In this document: positions 26,231-39,564 of the stretch, in pieces
Layout of the letters: each line of letters opens with the position of its first letter
How positions within the stretch are numbered: position 1 is the stretch's first letter
NCBI RefSeq assembly: GCF_009914755.1
Contig: NC_060927.1
Strand: one strand, 5' to 3'
Source: the human T2T-CHM13v2.0 reference genome, Homo sapiens
Length of the DNA stretch: 64,000 nt
Program-made: the position numbers and the translations under genes
Notes under the pieces: generated by a model
The model's input: only the letters and a program-made list of their open reading frames with translations
Told to the model about the DNA's origin: nothing
Database searches by the model: none

Positions 26231-29200
26231 TGTGTAGGTAACAAATATGTAACCACTCTATGTTATAAAATTAGAAAACAAGCCACCAATAAGGAACCTA
26301 AGTTCACAGAACTTTTCCTAAAAAATATTCTTCATCCTTTGGCTGTTTGGCCAGCTTAACTATTTAAGCTTCAGTGCTAACACTTGTCTTCAACTGAGCC
26401 TTATAAAACCAAGATGAAAAGTATCTTCCATATAAATTTTAAAAGAAAATATTAAGTTAACTTTCCAACCTTCTACAAAGCCATTTTTCATATAAAATGA
26501 TGTTTTCTTAAAATACCTACAAACTTTAAAGAAGAAAATTTATTTTTAAAAATCTTTAGCTTAATACAAAAACTTATAAAAGAACTTTAAACTATTCCTG
26601 TCCCACATCTTTAGTAATATGTGTTTCTCTAAGGACCTGTCTGTGTATTTGTTTTGTAGTCTTTATTTTACAGGTAAGTTGTCCAAGTACTCATTCACCT
26701 GAAATTCCATCAGGACAAGATCTGTGTTTTCATAATATAAACTTTATGCCAGTTTCATGCTGTATACTAAGCTGTCTTATGTCATTACACTATATTTATC
26801 CAACTATATTCTTAAGTTTCTTGAAGGCAGGAGTCATATTTCATATTTCTTTTGTTTTGCAAATGGTAAACATATAATAACTGTTCCTTGTAGATAACAA
26901 AATCTATGACTTAAATCTCACTATTTGAGCCACCAACAGAAATATGCATTCAGGTTAAAGTACACTGAAGAAGAGAATAGCATTAATAGGTATTATTCAT
27001 TGCATATATTTCAAAAAAATAAGTATTCATTGTTTATTTGGTTGATTTATAGAAACCAGTTATAGAAATAACTGATAAAAATGCTTTCCTGTAACAGTTT
27101 TTAAATATCACTTTAGGAAAAATGCAAGAGTATATTCAAAAATAGGAGCACTGAAAATAAATTAAGAAAAATTCCTAAAACTATGTATTATTTAACTTAA
27201 TTGTAGCTTTTAGATTGTAAGATCAGAATCACTGTCAGCTGCTCAAAAGACAAAATAACCCACCATTTAGGAACATTCATTCATTCACTTAGCTCATATT
27301 TATTGAGTTCAGCTACCTGCACGCACCCATCTGGGCAACAGTGACACAGCAGTGAATGTATAGAAAGATATCTGGATAAACCAATGCAACGGAGAAACAG
27401 ATAGAAGCAGACAAATACACACATAAAGCAAATCTTAAAACATAACTTTGGTTTTATTATACTCAACCTTGTTATAATAACATCAGAAGTAGTTTAAAAA
27501 GTATTATGTATATAAACACATATTCTGTCTATGAGGAGCTCAGGAAACAAACATACCCAACACTTGAGTTTCATCATAGGAGATTATTAACATAGACTGA
27601 ATGACAAGAACGGAATTCCACTCCTTAAAAATTGTATCAACAGTCATTTAACTCCTTGAGCAGCTTAGAAGCTGGCAGATGATTAGCAGGAGGCTATACT
27701 ACCAGCTCAGTAGATGCTCCCATCACAGAGCCAGCCACTCATGAGTCTACAAACAGCACCTTGAGACTTATTTTTTAAACATACATACAGTCTACCAAGA
27801 ATCACAAGCAAAACAATAACCTCATTACCATCTTGGATTTGTTTTTAATCCCAGAATATCTACTAAAAGATCTGCTTTATGCTTACTCTTTTTTATGATT
27901 GGTGGAGTCATAAACTCAAAGTCTGAGAGAAAGAAATATGTATAAACCCCAAGCTGCCCCAGCAAGCTGCCAAACACTGTTCTTATTGTTTTCCTTTACA
28001 AATCCTGGTTGGTTATCTACTTTCTCAAACAGACGAGGGATCAGATGGGGGAAAGGTCATGTACACTGTTTAATAATACCTATAATAACAATAAAGCAAT
28101 GGTAAACTACATATGTGATTTTAATGTCCCATTATCATGTTTCTGAAGTGAAGAAATTCAGTGAGAAAAAAAGATGGGACATTTAGAAACAGGGAATCAG
28201 CACTCCCTAATAACAAAATATAAGCTAGCATAGCAAACTAGCAAGCCTAAAATTACTAAAGAAACATATTTGTAAACATCAGAAGAAAAAAAGAAACTTT
28301 AAAATGTCCACTGGCTTCAAGATGAAATATAAACTAACACTTCCACCAAAGACAGAACGTGTACACCCTGAGACCTGCTTGATAGGAGCTCTACAAATTA
28401 AGTTAAGCTGGTTCTGCTATGAATTTATACCTGTTTAAAAATCAATTGGGCTGGAAATAGTGCCAATTCAAAGAGATTTTCTATTGGGAAATGTTTTGCT
28501 CTTATTTTATTCAATAAAATTAATTACTTACATTTCCAATTGCATTTACTATAGCATGCTGTTACTAAAATAAGTTTCTTGGCCCAAAATCTTTTTAAAA
28601 AAATGTCCTGGTAAAAAATTAAAATACCTGGATTTTTTGTGTGTGTGAACCAGATTCACTTAAGCAGTTTAATATTTATTTTTATTTTAAATTCCTAAGA
28701 CATACACCACAGCTCACCAACTAGCCTATTTTAGTGAAATTACAAAAACAAATCAGAGGTTTTTGCACGGGTATAACTTAAAGCATTTAGCGAAGAAATA
28801 GCTAAACTTCATAAGACTTTAATTCTAAACCTCAAAATAAAAAATCAAAGGAAACCTATATACTCTTCTGTTTATGTCCAATGATAGATAACTTACTGAC
28901 CAAATCAATAATATTCCATAGATTCAGAAAATAATTTATAGTTCTGTCATGTTTCTATAATTATAAAAAGTAGGAAATATTACATATAATTATTTGCAAG
29001 ACAGAAATTAGTTTGATTTTTAAAAATCAGACTCCAACGCTGAATCAAACTCTATATTAATTTCTTTGTACTTCTTGTTAGGAGTAAATGCCTGCTACTT
29101 CCAGGAAATACTAAGTAAGGTTGCCTCCTGATCAATTTTAGACCGTAAGTACTTCATAGGTATAAGTTTAAGATACTACTTAATGCACTAAGTATACATA

Positions 29201-29789
29201 TTTTATAATATGTACAGTATAGAAACATGTTTAAAATCCATTAGTTCTCCAGTTTTATTACTACTTTTTATTATCAAAGCCATTAGATACTAGAAGAAAA
29301 GCATTAGCAGATATGTATGTGATTAAAAGCATTTCTTTTTTATTCTAATCCAAGTGATTAAAGAGTATTTTTCAGGAAACCTTAATTAGGCCTTTCCCTG
29401 AATAGTAGAGAAGTCCTGCTGGGCAAAAACAAAAGTAGGATTTTAATTCTAATTTTTGACATAGATCCAAGTTGATAGAACTAAATTTTTTGAGTCATTA
29501 TAAACACAGTTAGCTAAAAGGTATAGTTAGTATCTTTCAATATTGTAGGATTAGTCTAAATCTGGCACTAATGCTAATGAACAATCCCTGATATCTGTAG
29601 AATTTTATGACAGAATTCATGGCTGTTGGGCAGACAGCAATATAGAGTTTAAAAACCAATTATTTCACCTCATGGCCTGGTGGCTTTGAGTAAGTCACGG
29701 AAACAAGTTTATAAACTTCTATTATCTTAAAAATGACTGGCCTACACACACACATACACTCTCAAATCAATGCATGCATAACTAGAGAA

Positions 29790-30272
<483 letters not shown>

Positions 30273-30527
30273 CCACTTCCTTTTTTTTTGTTTTGTTTTT
30301 TTAAATACTTGGTCTCCCTTCCCTTCTTGTTTGTTTGTTGTTTTAACTTACCTGTCAATGACTTAAACCTGCCAGTAATATCCATATTACTGCTTTGCTG
30401 CTAATGGCATATACAGTTAAAGAGGACAAATAGGTAGATGCAGAAATTGGCATATATGACTGGCTAGCTATAAATATTAAAAGATAATGCTGCAAATGTT
30501 TGCAAAGATACTTTCTTAAACCTAAAC

Positions 30528-31010
30528 ACTCATCCAACAAATATTTACTGAGCACCTACTATGTCTCAATGGCTATGCTATTAGTCACCTAGGGAACAAG
30601 AATGAATAAAAACAGACCAGTCACATCCCACTGATCTGTAAACTCAGATCAGTGGGATAAAGGAAGGAATAAAACTAACATGCACACAAAAGTAACACCA
30701 CAACTGTGCCAAGAGCTATGCAAAGGAATTTGACTTAGTGAAGTCTGGAACATCTTTTCTGAGGAAGATACGATCTAAACAGCAAAATGGAGTTATTGAT
30801 GCTAAGAGGAAGAAATGACAGCTCCAAGTAGAAATGAGCAAGGGCAAAAGTTTTGTTTTAAAAGGAGGCAGAGCAATTGCAAAGGGACTGGAAAAAAGAG
30901 TCAGCATGGATGCAGCAAAGAAACAAGGGAAACCCTGTGAGATGAAGATACAAAAGTAAGAAGGGCTAGACTCAGGAAGATCTTATAGGTGATATTTAGA
31001 TGTGGTATCT
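30528..31010 (-). mobile_element. L2 LINE 3' fragment
   Basis: CATCCAACAAATATTTACTGAGCACCTACTATGT, the canonical reversed L2 terminus. Confidence 0.8.
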
Positions 31011-32859
31011 ATCAGAAATGTGGGGTGCTTATTCTTTGTGCTTCCTATTTCTATATTAATTTTATCTAAAATAACTACTAACCTTCTTCTTGAATGCTGT
31101 TTGAAATAAAATCAATATCTTAATGTCAGTCCTAATTTCTCATTTCAACTTAGTCATCTTAGGCCGTTACTTAAACTGATAGTCTATCAATTTTCTTATC
31201 TAGGAAATGTAAATAAAATCATCCTCAGCCCTATTTATGTCTCAGTGCTACTAAAAGAATTAAATGGTAAAGTACATTTTAAAGGATAAAGTAAACAAGC
31301 AGTATATTAATTCAAAAGCAGTATTTCAAATACTATTAAAGCTAACCCACCTAAACTATGGCTTAGATAAAATTCAGGTAACTTAGCAAACAAAAGAAGG
31401 AAACAATGGCACGCCATTTCCCTACAAGAAGGAAGAGTAATAAAATGATTAAGAAACAACTCCAGAAAATATTTCACCTTATAATAACACATTGCAAACA
31501 GAAGGAAGTCAAATTAACTAGATCAAACAAAACATGGGGCTTATCCCTGCTGGCTTGTTTCACAGAGGAAAATATTTTAAGAATGGAGAATGACAGACAT
31601 GGGGATAAAAGAAAATTCATTTTACAAACAATAGTTACTGAATATTCTAAGTTATTAGTAAATAAAAAGTGGGTGCCCCTTAATCACTTTATTATATGTA
31701 TAATTTTTATGCAATGGTATTTTGAGTAAAGTTATTAATAAATCATCATTTCTCCTCCTAAATATTAACATTGTCTGACTATAAAAATGAGTCCTAATTT
31801 CAATTACCAACTAGTCTTTCAGTTGTCAATTATACTTCAATAAAGCTGGAAAGAAAATAAAAATTAAAATTAAAAGTCTTTAAAGGTTTGTAAGGTTATT
31901 CCTCCAAGGACCAAAACCAATATTGTATTTATAATTTATCACAGAAATATTAGATATATATTTTTTGTGATGAAAGTATTACATGAAACAAGTAAGCAGC
32001 TATACATATGGAACCAATATTACAAGATTTTTATTGTTAGACCTACACCAAAAAACTTCAATAACAAGAAGCCAAGTGTGGTATTCCTCAACTAATCTTA
32101 AAAAATTGTGACTGTTTCCTTGTCTTTCTCACTTCTGGAAAATCAGCTTTTCTCCTCTTCAACACTGGCAGCATTTCAATGAAAACCTGTCATATATACT
32201 GCTTACAAAGCCTATCAGACTTGTCTAATAAGAAAGATCGTAGGACAGAAAAAGTTGATAAAATTATAACTACCTCTATAATTTGGTTTCAAATGTAGTT
32301 CAATTAAGCAATTCTGATTGTTTGCTTGTTTAATTCTTTCTAATGAAAATTTAAAAAAAGATCATCAGGTTTTTATGCCCAAACACTCATGACTCAGAAC
32401 TTGAGAAATCAAAGAGTGAGACTCAAAATCCGAATAGAATTTCAGAAAGAATTAAATTCTCCCAACTAAAGCTTTTGTGTGCTTTATGTTTATACGTGCA
32501 TCAGAGATAAGAAAAACAAAATGTGACGGAAAATAAAACTAACAACATAGAACCCAGATAAGAGGATTTATCAATATACCTAAATCATTAATCAGTATTA
32601 CTGAGACTGTTGATTCCCTTTTGTTTTGTTTATGCAAATGGTATATTTAACTCTTTTAAATTCTGTAACAAACCTGAACTCAGTTATTTGTCACAAGAGT
32701 AAACAGACTTTGATGCTACAAAACTAAAATTGTTTAATCAATTAACTTCCACCACTGAATATATTGAAGGAAAATAGCGTACATGTACAATATGTACTTA
32801 AGGAATGACAAAAAGGATTCATGGAAATATAAATGAATATGGCAGCAAGTTATGCTGAG

Positions 32860-33545
32860 TCTCTTGAAATCACTCGTGTCCATTCCTTCTTTTGCCTACT
32901 GCCATTCCTACTGCCATTATCTTCAGTTTAGGCTTCAATTATTTCTTACTTATACTACTACAACGTCTTGTTTAGGACCGTCCTCATTACCAATTTCATG
33001 ATGCTCCAATTTATACTCAACAGTGCTGACAAATTTTCATAAACACACCTCTGGTCATGAAAATTCTCTTCAATTATCCCTCATGTCCAATGAATATGAG
33101 AAGAAAATCCATAGTCTAAGATTCAGTCACCTCCCAGATATGGTCCCACTTATCTCCAGAGCCAAATTTTGTACCCACCCCCCACCCTCTAATGCCACAC
33201 ACCCTGTATCTCCTGCCCCTGTGTCTCACACAGTACAGTCTCTCCACTTCCATCCTTAGCCACTAATATCCCAACTGCTTCCGAAGATGAATTCAAATGC
33301 TAGCTCCTTCACAAAATTATCTGTAATTAGCCCTGTCAGGCATAAGAAATTCTCTCTCTTCAGAATGTGTTTATACATCTATGAAAGCACTTCCCAGTGC
33401 ATTTTCATGCAAAATCATACTGTCTTTTGTAAACCTACATTATTGCCCTAATTTAAGAACTCCTTCAGTGCAGATTGAGATTTAAATCTACAAAAAATGC
33501 TTTGTACACCTGTAGGTACCTACTCTTTATTGAATGAATGATAAA
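32860..33545 (+). mobile_element. L2 LINE fragments
   Basis: CTACTGCCATTATCTTCAG...; ends GTAGGTACCTACTC...TTGAATGAATGA. Confidence 0.5.
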
Positions 33546-33722
33546 AATATCTTTGTTCTTTTAGAATGTAGTAGTGAAAGGAAAGACAAAAGCATCCGTT
33601 CTGTTCAAAGGATGATTAGCAAAAAACACAGGAAGAAAGGCTGTTAATGGCTTTATATTACAATGGAATATCAATGACAATTTCTATCAGTTCCAATGAA
33701 ACTGAAAGAAATTTCATGATGT

Positions 33723-34486
33723 ATCACTGGCCATTAGAGAAATGCAAATCAAAACCACAATGACATACCATCTCACGCCAGTTAGAATGGTGATCACTAA
33801 AAAGTCAGGAAAAAACAGATGCTGGAGACGATGTGGAAAAATAGGAATGCTTACACACTGTTGGTGGGAGTGTGAATTAGTTCAGCCATTGTGGAAGACA
33901 GTGTGGCGATTCCTCAAGGATATAGAACCAGAAATACCATTTGACCCCATAATCCCATTACTGGGTATATACCCAAAGGATTATAAATCATTCTACTATA
34001 AAGACACATGCACACATGTTTATTGCAGCACTATTCACAATGGCAAAGACTTGGAACCAACCCAAATGCCCATCAATGTTAGACTAGATAAAGAAAATGT
34101 GGCACATATACACCATGGAATACTATGCAGCCATAAAAAAGAATGAGTTCATGTCCTTTGCAGGGACATGGGTGAAGCTGGAAACCATCATTCTCAGCAA
34201 ACTAACACAGGAAGAGAAAAGCAAAAAACCAAATACCGCATGTTCTCGCTCATAAGTGGGAGTTGAACAATGAGAACATATGGGCACAGGGAGGGGAACA
34301 TCACACACTGGGGCCTGTCGGGAGGTAGGGGGCAAGGGGAGGGATAGCATTAGGAGAAATATCTAATGTAGATGATGGGTTGATGGGTGCAGTTAACCAT
34401 CATGGCACATGCATACCTATGTAACAAACCTGCACATTCTGAACATGTATCCCAGAACTTAGTATATTTTTTAAAAAAGAAAAAAA
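33723..34486 (+). mobile_element. 5'-truncated L1PA (approx. L1PA7/8-like) 3' end
   Basis: ORF 33742 [16 protein letters not shown]...[20 protein letters not shown] is L1 ORF2p C-terminus; G-rich 3'UTR, poly-A; TSD AAATT(T/G)CATGATGT at 33709 and 34487. Confidence 0.97.
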
Positions 34487-35009
34487 AAATTGCATGATGT
34501 CATCTGATCTTGTTTTTCTCTTTGCAAAACCATGAAATTAGTAAAAATTAGTAAATTGACTGCCCTTATTAATTTTAAAAAACGAACAAATTGGCTGCTC
34601 CAAAATCACTTGAAACAAACGTGTCAACTAATTTTTTCTAAACCATTTAGAAAACTACTAAGCAGGCAATTTCAAATTTAGCACTTAAGCTATTCTTTCT
34701 TCAAAAGCTTGATTTTTGCAATGTTAAGCTCCTGGGTATACCTAAGGTTACAGGTACATTAACAGAACTCTCATAAATACTTCTCACTAATCCCTATGAT
34801 AAGAAGTACATTTTTAAATAATAAAAGCACTCCAGAAAGTAGTTTACAAAAAAAGAGAAGCAAAATGCAGTATTTTTAGAACTACAGGAGTAAATAGTGC
34901 ATAAAGTAAGTTCTACTTTACATGTTCATGTACACAGCTGTTCAACTAATATAAAGCTAAGTACTTTTTAAAAACAAAGTCTCTATTTGAAAGTTGAAGT
35001 ATCACCTAT

Positions 35010-35900
35010 TTAATCAATTAAATCAATCATCAACTTTACTGAGCACCAAAATATGGGCCCAGCACTGCTGCGGTGGATACCAAAAAGTATATGGTCTCTT
35101 ATTAATGGAACCTACTTTTAATCTTTAGTGACAACTCCACCACAATTCTAAGTAATGTTTAAAAAAAAAAGGGTTTTTGATATATATACATCAGTATGCA
35201 TGCTATTAAAAGTGAAGACAGGTTCAGCAAAAGGAGAAATCAGCAAGGTCTAAAGGCTTATGGAAGAGCTGGGACAGGAACTGGGTGTGTAGGATTCCAG
35301 ATGAGTGGGAGAATTAGCATGACATGTTTTTAGAATTATGAAGGCATGAAAATGAGAAGAAGACAAGTCCGTAGTAGTGAGAAATAAGACGGCATATGTA
35401 AAATAAACCAGATTAAAAAGAAGATAATTAATCTTTTGCAAGAAAAGCAAATGCCCAGAAGAGGATTAAAGTGTTAAAGACTTCTCTAGCTTTAGCACAT
35501 TGGGGAGCAAGATATTAGAAGGCCAGCCATTATCAGTAATCTTATCATGAGTAAGGGAAGGATGAAATAACACAGTTGCAAGAACAGGGGACAAGGAGGA
35601 GCAGCAAAGATTATTTTTAAGGGAGAGGAGATTCTAGGACTTGGGACTAACTGAAGATGGTAAATAGAAGAAAAGGATGAGTAGCCATGGGTGACTTGAA
35701 GCTTGAGGACACTAAAAGAAGCAGCCTTGGAGAATACCGGCATTTAGGAGGATGAGAACCCTACAAGAGGAATGCACATTAAGTAGTTTAGAAGAACCAA
35801 GACAGACGATGTCACTGAAAACTAGAGTAGTGAATATTCTAAAAAACTATCGGGAGATGCAACAGAGCCCAAGCCACTGAGTTGAACAATGAGGCCGAAT
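35010..35900 (-). mobile_element. L2 LINE fragments
   Basis: AATCAATCATCAACTTTACTGAGCACC...CCCAGCACTG; purine-rich L2 body downstream. Confidence 0.55.
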
Positions 35901-37423
35901 GAGGCCTTACTTGAGCAAGTTCTGAAAACTGTAACATACCAAAGCTCATATCTAAGAAATAACTGAAGGCATTAGTTGTAAGAAAAGACAGTTGTGTATG
36001 CCACTAGTCTGGCAATAAAGGCAAGCAGAAAAGTGACTACTGTAAGTTTTCAGGTTAATGTGAGAAAGATGCTGGTATTTAATAAATATTTTGGGTATCC
36101 GAGGTGTTATATAAATACACGTAAAGCAAAGTACATCATCACAACCAACAAAAGCTAATTTGCATTATTAAGTTTTATGTCTTTCAATTTATTATTTTAA
36201 ATCATGATGATGAAACTTGCTTCCTGGAATAAAACACACTAGTGAAAATAAACAATTTTTTTCCCAAAAGATGTAATTATATTATCTTGTTTAAAATTCT
36301 GGTTTCCAGAAATCCATGTGCTTTCCTTTAAATATGTCACAATAATATTAAAGTGGCTGTTTCAAAAACACCACAAATTTCATCAAAATTAATGAAAACT
36401 TATCCCAAAGAAACTTCTCAGAATGATTATTCCAAAGAATGGACACAAATAAATTTGTAATAATAAAATGTATTTATAGGTCTAATCATGTAAAATCGAA
36501 TCCTAGACTTAAAAGCATCAAATTTAGCAAATAAGCTATTAATTTTAATGGCTCATCATCATTACCAATTGACATTTATGGAGATTATACATCCACACTG
36601 ATAAAAAGAAGGCTTGAGACATAAAATCTCCAGGTACTTACAATACAGTTAGGGCAACTAGAAGGACATTTAAAAAGTAATGAAATGGGGTTCATGTTAA
36701 TAATATTCCCTACTGAAAGTACCAGAGCAATTTAAAAATAAGGCACAATGACTACATAGCTTCTTCACTTCAATAAAAATGCTAAGAAATTGCACTGAAA
36801 TTTATGAAATTAAGGCAACTTAATTTAAGTTAAAAACTCAAACTTACCAGCAAAAAAATCATGAATAATTTTTACTTTTTATAGTAAGTATATTATAATG
36901 CAACTGTATATTACCACTGAATCTAATGCAAATGCTGTTTACGTAACTCTAAACACAAGAGAAACCGCAAAAATTCTTTAAACAATAAATTAAATACGAA
37001 AAGCATACAGATGTTCAGAAAAATAGATTGTGAAGATTAGTTTTATGCAAAATTCTAAGAAGAGTATGCAGCTATTTTAACCTATTCTATTACTTTAAAA
37101 CCTTTAGTAATTTATGAATATAGGATATAGAAAAATGAAAGTCTAGAGATTTAGATTAATTTGTAAAAAAAAATAAAATGGCTACATGAGGAAGCAAAAC
37201 TATAGTGAAAAAGTTTGTTTCAACTCAACTATCCCTGACTTAACTTCATAATTGCATCTGTGAATCTGCAAATAGAACTTCTGCTTATGTATAGTTATAC
37301 AATAACTCCATTCTGCTTCAAGCATACTTTGCAAAATGTTAGATATAACTTAAATCTAGCTTCATATATCAGTTAAATATAGTCAACAATGGTGAAAACA
37401 CTTGAAGAGAAAAGTAAATATGA

Positions 37424-37830
<407 letters not shown>

Positions 37831-38128
37831 TCAAAAGTGACAAGTAGTATTTTGTTGTTTTGTTTTGTTTGTTTGTATCTTTGCTCTCATTTCTACAAAT
37901 GTGATATCATCAGAACTTTGCAGGAATTGATAAGAAGCAAAATTCATTCAACGGACACCATGCTTCCTTTCAGTTGGACTCACTGTCTTACATAGAGAGT
38001 CTCAAACCATTCCAAAACTTCATTGATACACAATTTTCCTATTATTATATGGAAAAATATATTCCTAAAATGAAAATGTTATCTTTATACCTGTATGTGA
38101 AATCCCACTTACCCTACATGTGTTAGGG

Positions 38129-38647
38129 CAGCAGTCCCCAACTATTTTGGCACCAGAGACCGGTTTCATGGAAGACAATTTTTCCATGGACCAGGGGCAT
38201 GGGGATGGTTTCAGGATGATCCAAGTGCACTACATTTATTGTGCACTTGATTTCTATTATTATTACATTGTAATATATAATGAAATAATTATACAACTTA
38301 CCATAATGTAGAATCAGTGGGAACCCTGAACTTGTTTTCCTGAAACTAGACGGTCCCATCTGGGGGTGATGGGACACAGTGACAGATCATCAGGCACTAG
38401 ATTCTCTTAAGGACAGCACAACCTAGATCCCTCACATGCACAGTTCACAATAGGGTTCACACTCCTATGAGAATCTAATGCCACCACTGAGCTGACAGGA
38501 GGCGGAGCCCAGGTGGTCATGTGAGCAATGTGGGGGCAGCTGTCAATACAGATGAAGCTGCCTTCATTCGCCCACCACTTGCTTCATGCTGTACGTCCAG
38601 TTCCTGATATCGGTATCGGTCTGTGGCCCAGGGGTTAAGGACCCCTG
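38129..38647 (+). mobile_element. MER1A (hAT-Charlie), apparently full length
   Basis: CAGCAGTCCCCAAC...GGTTTCATGGAAGACAATTTTTCC...GGGGTTAAGGACCCCTG; perfect 8-bp TSD TGTTAGGG at 38121 and 38648. Confidence 0.95.
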
Positions 38648-39515
38648 TGTTAGGGTTCAGAAAGAAGCAGCTAGCAGAAAGAATTTAAAATAGTAGAAGC
38701 AAGGTTCGGGGGCAGGGGGTAACATTTACTTAGAATCTAAGAAAATATTTGTAATGTGTAAATGAACAGTACAGCCAAGATATCAGAGCTCATGCTCAAC
38801 AAAAGCAATTCTACTCTGCCACTCATTCCTTCTTTGTTCCTATAGTGACTAAGGAAAATAACTTGTCCCAGCTTAGAAAGAGTATCATTTGTTTTAAACC
38901 CCTCCCATAATTAAGTTGAATTAATTTTACACAAACACCAGATAAAAATGCAAAACCTCAAAGAGCACAGAAAGAAATTCTTCAGAATTTTTTTTAATTT
39001 TATACCCTAAAATCAAGAAAATGTATAAAAGAAAAACTAGACTGTGTACTACTTCTAGGAAATAAATAGAACTATTAGCCTGAATATTCATTTTGCTTAA
39101 AAAGTCCTAGGAAGTTCGTTCTCTATTTCTGTTTCTTCACTATTTTCTGTTCCTTTTTGTTCTTTACTCAAAATTTTAGTTTTATAAAAACTAAAAATTC
39201 AACATTTTAATGGAAATTTGTAAAATCTGGTTTAAAAAATATACCTTTTACCTATATCATTGAAGGTAGGATATAAAGTGATGGGTTGTGAGGTACCATA
39301 AGAGACAATGATCCCCAACACTTACATTTTTTATACAAATACAAAATAAGAAATAAACATCATATTGTTTCTGTTTTACCAAATTTATAGGATGAAGAAA
39401 ATTGATCCATGTACTTGTTCTGTCCCTTACATCCAAAAACAAAATACATCCAAACACAACATAATTTACATACCTAGCTAACATTATTCTACAATCCTGG
39501 TCCTTTAAAGATCAG

Positions 39516-39528
39516 ATATCTATATCTA

Positions 39529-39564
<36 letters not shown>
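39516..39564. repeat. (TATC)n / GATA microsatellite with TATATC prefix
   Basis: About 9 pure TATC units at 39529-39564. Confidence 0.95.
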
